NCBI GenBank assembly: GCA_016861245.1
Contig: BOKZ01000001.1
Span: 143,107-186,346, forward strand
Length of the DNA: 43,240 nt
Reading direction: 5' to 3'
Source of the DNA: Patescibacteria group bacterium
GTDB taxonomy: Bacteria > Patescibacteriota > UBA1384 > 2-12-FULL-50-11
Numbering within the stretch: position 1 is the first letter of the stretch; each line of letters begins with the position of its first letter. The notes beneath the pieces are model-generated. The model saw only the letters and a program-made list of their open reading frames with translations. It had not been told where the DNA came from and did not search any database. Positions 34,101 through 42,870 of the stretch are shown one piece after another. The position numbers and the translations under genes were made by a program.

Positions 34101-36097
34101 CCAAATAGGTAAACGTTACTTCCGACTGCGGCGATACTGGCACCAGCTCTTGGTCCAGGTAGGTTGTTCGGATCACCGGCAGCTGGAGTATTTGGCAGAT
34201 ACGTCCAAGCGGAATTCTGATTCGGTTCTGCTGGATTATACAGCCAGAATCCGTCATTAACGCCGTTAACTCCGCCGTCAAACTCGTTCGCGGTCGTAAT
34301 TCCACCGTAGTACACAACTTTCTCTGCCCCGCCGTCGTTCACAATAGTGGAAGCGAGCTCACGAGTCGGGAGTGGCATCTCACGAAACTTATCGAGCGTG
34401 AAACCGACCATCTGACGTCCAGGACCGTCGAAACTCACTTCAGTTACCCGCCCCCAGACCGGCTCACTGCCTGGCTTGCTAAGATTCACCACGTCGCCAA
34501 CTGCAGGACAAACTACAAAACTAGTTTCGGAGTACTCGCAACTTGATGCTGGTATCGTAACTCGTCGCCCGTCAGACCGAAGCGTGGCGTTAGAAACTGA
34601 GCGCTCAGTCGCGTGCTGCGGTCCAGCCTGTAAACTTCCGACTGCGATCTCAGCCAATCTCACCGCGCTGCCGCCCAGCTTTGTTGGGGTTTGATATGTG
34701 CCGTTAAAAAACGAGAGCTGGATCGCCACTTCGCCGTTACCCAACCTGTTAATACTAGTGATACGCACGTTATAAAATCGCCCCTGACTAGTGCTATCGC
34801 GACTAGTTAAAGCAATCGGTCTGCCCCGACTTTTGTCGATAGCAGTAACGGTAATCGGCTGGTTTAGTCGCAGACCCTCAAGTGAGCCGTAGACGTTGAA
34901 TGAGATCGTTGAGTTGGGTGTGATCGTCCGATTTAAGTCGCCGCTCGGGTAAATGAAGGAAAGCGATTTCGATCCTCGAGCTATCTCCACCGACCAGCCA
35001 GCGTCGTCGGCGCCGAGTACTTTCGTGGGAGTCGATTGACGCTGCCATTGCATCCCAGTCGTAACAGCGCCGCTAATATTATCGATGGTGTACGGTCCAG
35101 ATAAGCCGCTGGCGTAACCGAGCTCGGTATCGGCCTCCGGCAGATCGTTCCAAAGCGACGGCTGCAACCAAGTGACGCGACTACTCTCTTCTCCAGCGTC
35201 GGTAAATAAATCAGCTAGCCCGTACTGATACAGCAGGTCGTTTGTAACGGAGGCGTCGAGCCAGACCTTTAAGTTGTTGTTTTTTATAACGTTCTCGAAA
35301 TCGTCACGGATCTCGGTCGCGCTTTTTCGTATGAGTCCGCTATCGGGTTGGTTGGCGACCCTCAAAACGCCCGTATCGGTGAATCGGGGGAGATACGGGA
35401 TATAAACGAAATCAAGATTTCGATAAAACGAGCCGGTACCTGCTGCGTCTTTTTTATACAGAAACTCGTCTTGCGGACCGCCTAGTTTAACCGTCCAGTA
35501 GTTTCGGTTCGATTCCTGATACCCAGATGGAGCGTACGGATTGTAAAACTGACCGAGCTTGGTTAACTCACTTAGCGATCGCTCCTTCTCGATCGCGCTG
35601 TAACCGTTGGAGTTATTTGTAATTGAACCGATGGTACCAAGCGGTGTGTCGTTAATGATGTTAGCGTAGTAAAACAGTAACGCTGGGTTACTTAACGAGT
35701 CGTCGTTATCCAGTAGATACGTCCCGGTGTTAACCCAGGGCGACAGCACGGCTACTGCCAAACAGCGCGGCAGATTAATAACTTGCGACTCAAGACTATA
35801 AACACTATGGCGCGGATTTGGACGGAAGCGACCTTGGGGCGGAATGTTGACCGATTCTTCGCTGGTAAGATCGTACGCTTCCGGCGCAAACGAGGTCTGT
35901 GCGGTGCTTAACTTCTCGCGCAGCTTAACCAAACCGCTATCAGCGGCCAGTTTAGCTTTTGAAGCGCTCGTAATTCGGTCTGTTGCAAGGAGTTGATCAA
36001 ATCGAATCGCGATCGCCCCGAGCGTTGTGGTTGTTAAAACGCTAATTACCATAATGGCCAACAGCAGCGCTGAGCCGGATCTTAGTTCAGCTCTCAT
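31139..36097 (-). CDS. giant pilus-associated protein: PilX-like N-terminus fused to ~1600 aa with Kelch-like repeats (putative PilY1-like tip adhesin)
   Basis: The N-terminus MRAELRSGSALLLAIMVISVLTTTTLGAIAI resembles the PilX N-terminal domain and has no G/F(T/S)LxE prepilin motif. Kelch-like blades include VVYYGGITT..GFWLYNP, NVYLFGGYLYSG..MFRYDLTTRQWNRV, TKLYFWQGD..IWEFETANNRWSPV and KMVMFGGQRR. It is the last gene of the pilin operon. The ATG at 36097 overlaps the upstream stop (ATGA). The track ORF extends to TTG 36130. Confidence 0.85.
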   Translation of the reverse strand: MRAELRSGSALLLAIMVISVLTTTTLGAIAIRFDQLLATDRITSASKAKLAADSGLVKLREKLSTAQTSFAPEAYDLTSEESVNIPPQGRFRPNPRHSVYSLESQVINLPRCLAVAVLSPWVNTGTYLLDNDDSLSNPALLFYYANIINDTPLGTIGSITNNSNGYSAIEKERSLSELTKLGQFYNPYAPSGYQESNRNYWTVKLGGPQDEFLYKKDAAGTGSFYRNLDFVYIPYLPRFTDTGVLRVANQPDSGLIRKSATEIRDDFENVIKNNNLKVWLDASVTNDLLYQYGLADLFTDAGEESSRVTWLQPSLWNDLPEADTELGYASGLSGPYTIDNISGAVTTGMQWQRQSTPTKVLGADDAGWSVEIARGSKSLSFIYPSGDLNRTITPNSTISFNVYGSLEGLRLNQPITVTAIDKSRGRPIALTSRDSTSQGRFYNVRITSINRLGNGEVAIQLSFFNGTYQTPTKLGGSAVRLAEIAVGSLQAGPQHATERSVSNATLRSDGRRVTIPASSCEYSETSFVVCPAVGDVVNLSKPGSEPVWGRVTEVSFDGPGRQMVGFTLDKFREMPLPTRELASTIVNDGGAEKVVYYGGITTANEFDGGVNGVNDGFWLYNPAEPNQNSAWTYLPNTPAAGDPNNLPGPRAGASIAAVGSNVYLFGGYLYSGVGEISAGKTCADNYYLTTCLGLNRPGARVAKVFPSTMFRYDLTTRQWNRVVYDPINTNQPSIVGDNSNGSGIWLELKTVSRFADRSGKDGWQTRVTVNTNNGANPVSLSIDPNTPTTLTLTTSNAGVAVGDEVYLNGSKTDGGVLLTWGRVVGLPAANAISVKTYGIKEATGSVSLRSLSVTVLNRTKGSAKCIWQDATKSCRIDVRVDGIGLGDAVVLEHYDSYTNPTQLQATYAGYVSSINGNVVNFNSLDINQTNDYQTGVAQVGESVRLLPIGRANGKLNAVGTKLYFWQGDQPQNASNARTVDIWEFETANNRWSPVPLAMGTLPTGNLTFQSVRMPGQATVFTSNSPINNEELIKSKEITWDNNGTPQTEIVWDDAKTWRLEVSDESGNYSWNRERVTEGATIIIERQSSAARERFTGIVAAIDPNNQSRITVRHHPSYSGDGGLVGHSANAKIAINYPGYSNSGSVSVSNAERVNVDSVQVDNGASAIELRKIPVGAIVMAYSGSLSGTNTTMMTATVDSRVLTGANRVVFSAAGPAFMTTGLQESRSTNILVGGTSDDKMALSYQTYRPKHTQGAMEWVNNITGTTNAKKWVGRFPSAYSHNGSNRPAPRQNGTLAVTPDRQTAFIASGTFGPYANVWRLQNAHRFTGPSPSWTLGKSSVSVTTDIPNLYGSTTEVTTTGKMVMFGGQRRFNNTTLGPRVLGQPNGNTNIDGTTSIVDAGASTSIKASQFTNQLKEQYTGVAKESLTFTSAPTSSNICQFLGQENCDYQLMRHLGTLGRFSSSWGNSLAVVNPGNGFKSDSGSRSLILSGPTQSLDGTNGRWDQEGYTPYKCDTGGGDCFNLPFGSLNAPENNNSKTLMFAGFSRISGGGSILVTPVGVGRAITTGPAGKSYCARNSISKDEDDYYSCKSDSLQSRYMKWIPDSEDVLFLFNAAKALSSTDAYRVIGYYGGVVRGYLAVSVGSELTIQEIAP

Positions 36098-37371
36098 TCT
36101 ATCGGCGGATCCTCTCTTCTTGGTCCGCAACTGGTTGCAACCTGAATAACAGACTCGTTTGAGGTTACCGAGCCAACACGCGCCGTGATTCGATCGGTAT
36201 AGACGCCAATAACAGATTGGTAAACGCCGAAGTTAACGCTACCGTTGGCAGGAACTCCCACAGTATACTGCGCGCTCGTAGTTAGGTTCTGCATCGTATC
36301 GTTACTGTAGTAGCCGATAACAGTTAGGTTGAGCGATCGACCGCTCACAACACAAGCAGACGTCGGAGTAAGTTGTAGACTGACGAGTGTCACTTCGGCG
36401 CCACCACCCTGGATCGTCACCGAAGCGATCGCCGAAAAACCGCCGTAGGTAGCGCGCAGTTCGTATACTCCCGGAGTACTTCCGGCAGTGTAGGTATTGG
36501 TCGCTTGGCTGTACGAGCCGCCCTGAGCAGTTACGATGGCGTCGTCGGTAACATCAACGATCGAGTTATCGCTATAGCCAGCTTTAACTAAGAATTGCTG
36601 TGTACCGCCAGGATTGAATGTAACCGGACCGATCGGATCAAAACTAATGCCGAGTAACGTCGGCGGAACGTTTTTATGTTCTGTTAAGATCGGGACACTG
36701 CCAGAGCTATCGATCGCGCTTTGCCTCTGGTTGGCAAACGATTGTGATTCTATCCCTAAGCGATACCGCAGCTGACCGACCGAGCAGGTGATCGTCCCGC
36801 AGTTGTAGTCGGCTTTAACTATCGTGGCGCTAAAATTGGTGACTGTTATCGTCGAGCTAGTCAGTGTTCCTCGATACAGCGACGTCGAGTACTCGCAAAG
36901 ACCGGCGGTATTCATTCTAAAAACCAGTAGCGCGATCTGGGTACCGTCCGGCTGTAAGAAAAATTGTTCGTTGCCGCCGCTATCTTTGACTACCCGGGCA
37001 CGGCCGAGCAGCTGGCAAGTATTGTCTCGCTGCGCGCTACCGAAACGCTTCATCTCGAGGGCGAAACCTTGCTCATTAACACCGTAAGCAACTCGTCCTA
37101 ACTCAAAATTTTGGTCGTTTTGCGGATTCGGGTAACGAACGTCATTAATCAAGGCGATATTTCTTACCGAAGTCTGAGCAAGGCCGCGCCGTAAGCTATC
37201 GGCCGTCTCTCTGGTTCCTTGTACGATCAGCGCCCGCTGTTCGGTTCGCTCAATTAAACTGTTGGTGCCGATGGTAGCAAAGAGTGTGATTGTGATCGCC
37301 AGAACCATCAGCGTCACCGCAATCAGAAGTTCCATTAGAGTGAAGCCGCCTTGTTTAACGCGTCTAATCAT
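36094..37371 (-). CDS. type IV minor pilin-like protein (PilW position) with two C-terminal Big_2 Ig-like domains
   Basis: Prepilin motif KQGG/FTLMELLIAVTLMVLAI. Two Big_2-like segments: FNPGGTQQFLVKAGYSDNSIVDVTDDAIV..ATYGGFSAIASVTIQ and VVSGRSLNLTVIGYYSNDTMQNLTTSAQYTV. Confidence 0.8.
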   Translation of the reverse strand: MIRRVKQGGFTLMELLIAVTLMVLAITITLFATIGTNSLIERTEQRALIVQGTRETADSLRRGLAQTSVRNIALINDVRYPNPQNDQNFELGRVAYGVNEQGFALEMKRFGSAQRDNTCQLLGRARVVKDSGGNEQFFLQPDGTQIALLVFRMNTAGLCEYSTSLYRGTLTSSTITVTNFSATIVKADYNCGTITCSVGQLRYRLGIESQSFANQRQSAIDSSGSVPILTEHKNVPPTLLGISFDPIGPVTFNPGGTQQFLVKAGYSDNSIVDVTDDAIVTAQGGSYSQATNTYTAGSTPGVYELRATYGGFSAIASVTIQGGGAEVTLVSLQLTPTSACVVSGRSLNLTVIGYYSNDTMQNLTTSAQYTVGVPANGSVNFGVYQSVIGVYTDRITARVGSVTSNESVIQVATSCGPRREDPPIE

Positions 37372-37817
37372 TACTCGATCACCTCTGCGGCTGTCGTCTC
37401 TCTACTGGCGCCGCTGCCCCAGCGAACGGTTGCCTGAACGTTGTACGAGTCGGTAGCGCCGACGCGCTTAACAACGACAGTCCTTGTGAACTGAAGCTTA
37501 TTTCTGCCTAACTGAACGGCTTTTCGTTCGCTCGAAAGCTTGCAGGTTTGCGACAGATTATCGGCCGGGCAATCGACGTAACACTCGGTCGCGCAGTTTA
37601 ACGAGTTTAAGTAAGCCTCAAACCCGCTTGGATCGGTCTTTTTTACAAGCGCCACCACAGCGATTGACTCTTCGTTTAATCCGTTAGCAACCGTTTGCAG
37701 TTCGGCGCCGTTTATCAGGCGAAGCGCCGCTGCGTTCAAACTTATCATCGCTAAGCCAACCATAATCAAAAACGCTACCGCGAAGAGTACTTCAATAATG
37801 GAAAAACCTCTTTTCAT
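37371..37817 (-). CDS. type IV minor pilin-like protein (PilV position)
   Basis: Prepilin motif MKRG/FSIIEVLFAVAFLIMVGL. 148 aa. Confidence 0.8.
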   Translation of the reverse strand: MKRGFSIIEVLFAVAFLIMVGLAMISLNAAALRLINGAELQTVANGLNEESIAVVALVKKTDPSGFEAYLNSLNCATECYVDCPADNLSQTCKLSSERKAVQLGRNKLQFTRTVVVKRVGATDSYNVQATVRWGSGASRETTAAEVIE

Positions 37818-37818
37818 G

Positions 37819-39117
37819 CTAGATTTCAGGATTAATTAACATCTGATTGCCGAACTCGTTCTGACCGCTCTCGCCCGTACCGTTGTTGGTATCGCTAGTA
37901 CACGGATTGTCATCTAAATCGAAACCCTCATTGTAAGTAATAACTGGTCGAAAGAGCACCGAACGCTTCGGTAATTTTGATACGCAACCGCCGCCGCCGT
38001 TATTACCGCAATCCCAATCTGTTGGTCGAGCGAACGAAAACTCTTTGTAATCAGAGTAATTAGTAAAGGCGTCAAACGCCCAAACACGAAATACTAACGG
38101 CGTTGGCTGGTTCGCGGTTGTTACAGCACCGGTAGTAAAGCTATAACCGACAACATCTTGGTTGAGCGGACTAAAATATTTACTTACTAACGGTTGGAAC
38201 TGGTCTGCTCCGGCAGCGCCTTGTTTCCAGTGAATGTCGTAATAGACCAACCGATTCGGGTCGGCGTTACTGAGTGTCTCCTCTTGTTTAGATCGATCGA
38301 CTGCTCGCGGATAGGTAAGTAGAATCTCCGAGGTCTCGGCGCGACAGACTAGTGTTAAAGTAGCTGCTGGCGCGTCCTTCCAGAGCGGTGAAAATGTATC
38401 AATAAGCGCCGTAAAGCCTGCTTGAGGATTGGTTCGGCTCACTACTATCTCGGAGTTTAATCGGTCGATAGCGATGTATCGCTTCTCACCGATTTGTTTC
38501 GAGCTAAGCTCTATCACTAAGTATCGAGCGGTACTATTTGGAGCTGTGGCTGTTAGACCACTCCAGTACGGGTTTGAAAGCTCGGCCGAGTCGATTGGCG
38601 CAGAGGTGTCTCCGCACTGAAAACCGACTTTGCCGATCGAAAACCGTACCGTTGCTTCTGGGTCGTTCGGCGATTGATTTGTTGGGAAAAAACTAGATAC
38701 GTAAACATTTCGAGGAAACTTTAACGATTTTAATTTGGTTACACTCCCTTGAGCCACGCCCGTACCGCAGCTGGCGATTCCGCGCTCCAAGCTGGCAAGG
38801 TTGGTTCGAATATCTCCTTCGGCCGTGACCTTACCTTTCGAGACCGAGCCTTGCGGAAAATCGCTAAACGTTACCTGGAAAATCTGCGAGTACCCACCAG
38901 TAATATTATTGGTTGGCGCGATCGAACGCGTCCGGGCGTCAATGAGCATCTGCTCAATCTTGTCGGCGGTGTTGTCGAGCGCGTAGCGCTCGTTGCTACC
39001 GAATAGATTCGGCACACCGATCACCGCCAAAAGCGTGATAATTCCAAGAACGACTAATAGCTCAACTAAGCTATAAGCAAATCGTTTAATAGCTACTACG
39101 CGATACTGTATTGGCAT
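37819..39117 (-). CDS. large GspH/FimT/FimU-like minor pilin with an atypical processing motif
   Basis: KRFA/YSLVELLVVLGIITLLAVIG has Ala at -1, Tyr at +1 and Glu at +5. It is followed by a GspH-like helix (ALDNTADKIEQMLIDARTRSI). 432 aa. Confidence 0.7.
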   Translation of the reverse strand: MPIQYRVVAIKRFAYSLVELLVVLGIITLLAVIGVPNLFGSNERYALDNTADKIEQMLIDARTRSIAPTNNITGGYSQIFQVTFSDFPQGSVSKGKVTAEGDIRTNLASLERGIASCGTGVAQGSVTKLKSLKFPRNVYVSSFFPTNQSPNDPEATVRFSIGKVGFQCGDTSAPIDSAELSNPYWSGLTATAPNSTARYLVIELSSKQIGEKRYIAIDRLNSEIVVSRTNPQAGFTALIDTFSPLWKDAPAATLTLVCRAETSEILLTYPRAVDRSKQEETLSNADPNRLVYYDIHWKQGAAGADQFQPLVSKYFSPLNQDVVGYSFTTGAVTTANQPTPLVFRVWAFDAFTNYSDYKEFSFARPTDWDCGNNGGGGCVSKLPKRSVLFRPVITYNEGFDLDDNPCTSDTNNGTGESGQNEFGNQMLINPEI

Positions 39118-39961
39118 CGATGTTGTTTTGGCAAGCCGTGCCGGTCGCCCCGATGTTAGCCGTCCAACCGGTACCGTCGTTTATTAACGGGGCAAAATCT
39201 GGACGCTTATCTTCGTCAATCGGGTTACCGAGACCGTCGACGGTGCATTGGTAGAAATAACGACCGTCAGTTAAGGAGCCGCTATTAGCCGAGAATGTGA
39301 AATACTCACCAGTCACGTCGGTGTCGTCGTCAAGATTACGGGCGTTCAAGCCGTTACCGTCGAAAAACCACTTCGAGGTATACGTCGCACCATCAGGAAA
39401 CAGCGAGAGCTTGCCGCTCTGATCATTCTGATTTTCCAGCTTAGCAGCTACTAGGAACTCCGAGTAATCGTAGCTAACTCGGAATTGGTACCGGTCGACA
39501 CCGACAAAGAGCGGGTCTTGGACTAATCGGTCCATATACTTAAGACAAACCAGAAAATTATTAACTGAGACGAAACCATCTTTTAGCCTAATCGGTGTCG
39601 TATCGAGATCACTCACCGTCGGCGTAGCCGTAGTTGGATCAGTAAACGTTGCGGTAGCACCGGTCTGAGCCCCATTACAGGCAACAACGTCGGGGGCGAG
39701 GCCGTAGTTAGAATTTTTGGCATCACCGTTATTGTCAAACGAACCCAAGTAAAACGTCGGATTCGGGTACACTTTGTAATCCGAGTTAAAGAGACTCAAG
39801 CCGGAAATAAAGAGGTTAATATCTGCCTTTCTCTTTGAGTCTCGCGATTTCTTTTGGATCGGCAGCACCGCCACCGTCACGATTGTAATTAGAATGCCGA
39901 TGATAGTGATCGAAACCAGTAGCTCAATTAATGTAAATCCCTTAGCGCGATTGTTAGTCAT
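39086..39961 (-). CDS. type IV pilin (candidate major pilin, 291 aa)
   Basis: Canonical class III signal MTNNRAKG/FTLIELLVSITIIGILITIV, then SRDSKRKADI (PulG/PilE-like). It is the first pilin gene after pilC. Confidence 0.85.
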   Translation of the reverse strand: MTNNRAKGFTLIELLVSITIIGILITIVTVAVLPIQKKSRDSKRKADINLFISGLSLFNSDYKVYPNPTFYLGSFDNNGDAKNSNYGLAPDVVACNGAQTGATATFTDPTTATPTVSDLDTTPIRLKDGFVSVNNFLVCLKYMDRLVQDPLFVGVDRYQFRVSYDYSEFLVAAKLENQNDQSGKLSLFPDGATYTSKWFFDGNGLNARNLDDDTDVTGEYFTFSANSGSLTDGRYFYQCTVDGLGNPIDEDKRPDFAPLINDGTGWTANIGATGTACQNNIDANTVSRSSY

Positions 39962-41160
39962 TAAAATTCCCCCGTTAAATTGTAAATTGGTTGCAGCACC
40001 GAGATAATTACGAACGCAACCGCTAGCCCTAAAATAACGATAATAAACGGCTCCAGCAGCGCTGATAGCGCACGCAAACGAGCGTCGACTTCGCTCTCGT
40101 AGTAGTCGGCAAGCGTGGTGGTGGTGCCAGCCAGATCACCCGATTGCTGCCCGACAAAGAGCAGCTGCGTCATCATCTTCGGAAAGTATCGGTTATTTTG
40201 CAGCGAAGTTGAGATCGCCGAACCTTGCTCGAGCGCTCGCATCAACGATTTCAAGGCTTTCTTGTATGTAACGTTGACAGTCGAATCCATCAGGATATCA
40301 ACCGATTCGATAATCGGTACTCCGGATTTAACCAATAGCGACATCGTCCGGTTAAACCGCGCCAAGAAAACATACTGATTCAACCCGCCAAACACCGGAA
40401 AGTTAAGACTAATATAGCTACCAACGTTTTTACCCGGCTTGGTTGTAAGAAAAAACTTAAGCGCAATCAGAAATACGATCAACCCGCCGATAATGTAGTA
40501 CCAATAATTCGTAATAAAGTCGGTGGTTGCCAGTAGAATCGTCGTTGAGAGCGGTAGCTCGCTACCGCTACTCTCAAAAATCGCTTTAATCGGCGGAATA
40601 ACCTTCGTCATAATAATGGCACCGATAATTACCATCACCACCAAAATAAACGCTGGGTAGATCATGGCGCCGCGAACGCGGCTAGTAAATTCGGCCGAGC
40701 GAGCTGTAACGTTCGCGAGCTCGTCGAGCACTTTTACCAAATTTCCTGTGGCTTCGCCGGCTTTAATAACACCGATCTCAACAACTGGGAACGTTTTCGG
40801 GTGGCCGGCCATCGCAACCGAGAGCGGAAAGCCGTTTTCGAGACTAGCAGAAATTTCTCGCAGTATCTGCCGAAACTTGCGATTCGGCGTCTCTGAGACG
40901 ATATCGATCGACTGGGTGATACCGACGCCAGCCTTTAGCATTGTTGAGAGTTCGCGATACACTATCGAGCGATCTTTCGCAGACACTCGGCTAATCGATA
41001 GGCGCTTGAGTAAACCTTTCTCTTCGGCCACCGACAGGATGGTGTAGTTTCTGCTGTTGAGGGCTCGTCGAAGTTGTCCTGCCGAGCTAGCGATCGCCCG
41101 ACCGGTATGAACCCGTCCCTTACTGTCCCTTACCCGGTACTTATAACGGATTTTGCTCAA
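39961..41160 (-). CDS. pilC: type IV pilus platform protein PilC (GspF family)
   Basis: 399 aa with two T2SS-F repeats (LSTMLKAGVGITQSI.., FNRTMSLLVKSGVPIIESV..). TTG start preceded by GGAGGG. Confidence 0.95.
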   Translation of the reverse strand: MSKIRYKYRVRDSKGRVHTGRAIASSAGQLRRALNSRNYTILSVAEEKGLLKRLSISRVSAKDRSIVYRELSTMLKAGVGITQSIDIVSETPNRKFRQILREISASLENGFPLSVAMAGHPKTFPVVEIGVIKAGEATGNLVKVLDELANVTARSAEFTSRVRGAMIYPAFILVVMVIIGAIIMTKVIPPIKAIFESSGSELPLSTTILLATTDFITNYWYYIIGGLIVFLIALKFFLTTKPGKNVGSYISLNFPVFGGLNQYVFLARFNRTMSLLVKSGVPIIESVDILMDSTVNVTYKKALKSLMRALEQGSAISTSLQNNRYFPKMMTQLLFVGQQSGDLAGTTTTLADYYESEVDARLRALSALLEPFIIVILGLAVAFVIISVLQPIYNLTGEF

Positions 41161-41224
41161 GTTCCCTCCATAAAAAATTGTAGAGCAACCTCGCGGTTTT
41201 TGCTAATCTTAACCAAAGGGGAAA

Positions 41225-41725
41225 ATGTTATTGGAACTCTCATACTGCATCGGCGCTCCAGTTATAACCAATTCGAGCACCAAGATCGGCTCGATCGACT
41301 TTCCGGTATTCGACGGTAAGCAAGCTCGTTTGGTCGGATTCCAGGTCGTACAGACAGGAATTGTTAAAAAATTTCGCGGCTTACTTTTTGACGATATCGT
41401 CGAGATTACCCGAAGCGATGTGCAAGTCGCTACTGCTTCTAGCCTTCAGACCAATCTGAAGTTTCTCGATGAGCACTTTCAAGAATACGGCTCTGTTGTT
41501 GGGGTAACAGCCAAAACGGAGAGCGGCAAACGGCTCGGTAAAGTTTTGGACGTAGTTATCGAAACCGGCAGCGGTCGGATTACGCGATTTTATTTACGTA
41601 ACTTCTTGCAAGAGCGAATAATTCCAGTTCAGTTTCTAGTAACTATCACTCCGAGAGAGGTGATCTTTAAAGACGTCGTTAGCCAGCCGATTTTTGATCG
41701 CGTCGCTGTCGCCGAAACCGCGTAA
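41225..41725 (+). CDS. PRC-barrel domain protein
   Basis: Two PRC-barrel-like halves (GAPVITNSSTKIGSIDFPVFDGKQARLVGFQV; GVTAKTESGKRLGKVLDVVIETGSGRITRFYL). SD is AAAGGGG. Confidence 0.7.
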   Translation: MLLELSYCIGAPVITNSSTKIGSIDFPVFDGKQARLVGFQVVQTGIVKKFRGLLFDDIVEITRSDVQVATASSLQTNLKFLDEHFQEYGSVVGVTAKTESGKRLGKVLDVVIETGSGRITRFYLRNFLQERIIPVQFLVTITPREVIFKDVVSQPIFDRVAVAETA

Positions 41726-41743
41726 CTCGGGTAAAATACCCGT

Positions 41744-42067
41744 ATGATTAGCTACGAAGAGTTCTCTAAGCTTGAGATAAGAATTGGTACTGTTCTTGCC
41801 GCTACGAAAGTTGAGGGGACCGATCGACTCTTGAAGTTTGAGTTTGATTTTGGCAATGAGAAACGAACAATTATCGGCGGTTGGGCGCTTTCGTACCCTG
41901 ATCCAGCCGTATTAGTCGGGACACAAATGCCGGTACTAATGAATTTAGAGCCAAAAACTATTCGCGGCGTTGAAAGTCAGGGGATGATTTTAAGCGCCGT
42001 TAAAGACGAACAGCCGCGCGCCTTGCATCCAGACACCGACGTTGATCCTGGCACAATCGTTCGCTAA
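41744..42067 (+). CDS. tRNA-binding domain protein (CsaA/Trbp111/MetRS C-terminal-like)
   Basis: FSKLEIRIGTVLAATKVEGTDRLLKFEFDFG..IRGVESQGMILSA is the EMAP/tRNA-binding OB fold. Confidence 0.85.
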   Translation: MISYEEFSKLEIRIGTVLAATKVEGTDRLLKFEFDFGNEKRTIIGGWALSYPDPAVLVGTQMPVLMNLEPKTIRGVESQGMILSAVKDEQPRALHPDTDVDPGTIVR

Positions 42068-42131
42068 ACCGCTGACATAACCGAGTGAATCAGGTATACT
42101 TTCGCTAATTACTTTTGTAAGGAGGTATTCT

Positions 42132-42812
42132 TTGCAACAAGTCGAACTTCGACATTTAACGCTCGATCTGTGGTTTGCAATGTGGGACGGCTTAGCCGAG
42201 CTCTGTCAAACAACCCAGTACAGCAAACGACCTTCGTATCTTTGGTATCGCTTTCGCGAGCACCAGAACGACAGAAGACACTTTCACAACCTCGTCCACA
42301 TCGACGAGTGCGTGGGACACTGGGTAGCGATTCAGGACAAGTTCCGAGATTCAAAGTGGCTCTCGCTTTACACGCTCGTGATGCACGACTACGTCTACGA
42401 CAGCGAGCGTACGGATAACGAATCCGAGAGCGCAAAAGCTGCCGAGCAGTATTGGGATCTTGTCGGATTGCCGTCGCGTAGCACCTGGCTCCAGTGGGTG
42501 CAGCTGGGCATCCAATTTACCGACCACAAACGGTTTACTACCTACCCGGATTACCAGCGAATTTGCGATATCGACCTAATGAGCTTGAGCGTCAACTGGC
42601 CGCAGTTCAAACGCAACGGCGTTCTGATCCGCCGCGAGTATTCCCAGTACAGCACTGAAGATTACTGGATCGGTCGTCGCAACTTCTTCGTTGAATTCGC
42701 CAAACGTCCAAAGATCTATCAGTCGGCTGAGTTCGCTCAGTTCGAACAAGTCGCGCGTGGCAACATGCAACGGATGATCGAACTGATCAACGCCAAGTAC
42801 CCACCGCCCTAA
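42132..42812 (+). CDS. HD-superfamily phosphohydrolase-like protein (COG4339-like)
   Basis: RHFHNLVHIDEC and LVMHDYVYD resemble the H..HD motifs of that family. TTG start 6 nt after AAGGAGG. Confidence 0.65.
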   Translation: MQQVELRHLTLDLWFAMWDGLAELCQTTQYSKRPSYLWYRFREHQNDRRHFHNLVHIDECVGHWVAIQDKFRDSKWLSLYTLVMHDYVYDSERTDNESESAKAAEQYWDLVGLPSRSTWLQWVQLGIQFTDHKRFTTYPDYQRICDIDLMSLSVNWPQFKRNGVLIRREYSQYSTEDYWIGRRNFFVEFAKRPKIYQSAEFAQFEQVARGNMQRMIELINAKYPPP

Positions 42813-42826
42813 TCGGGCGGTTTTTT
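42804..42826 (+). terminator. rho-independent terminator
   Basis: CCGCCC-TAATC-GGGCGG with the stop codon in the loop, followed by TTTTTT. Confidence 0.7.
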
Positions 42827-42853
42827 ATAAAAAAGTGCGCCCATGATGGGCGC
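42827..42853 (-). terminator. rho-independent terminator 3' of tRNA-Gly
   Basis: Minus sense GCGCCCAT-C-ATGGGCGC followed by ACTTTTTTAT, 17 nt after the encoded CCA. Confidence 0.6.
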
Positions 42854-42870
42854 GTATGATGGGAATGATA

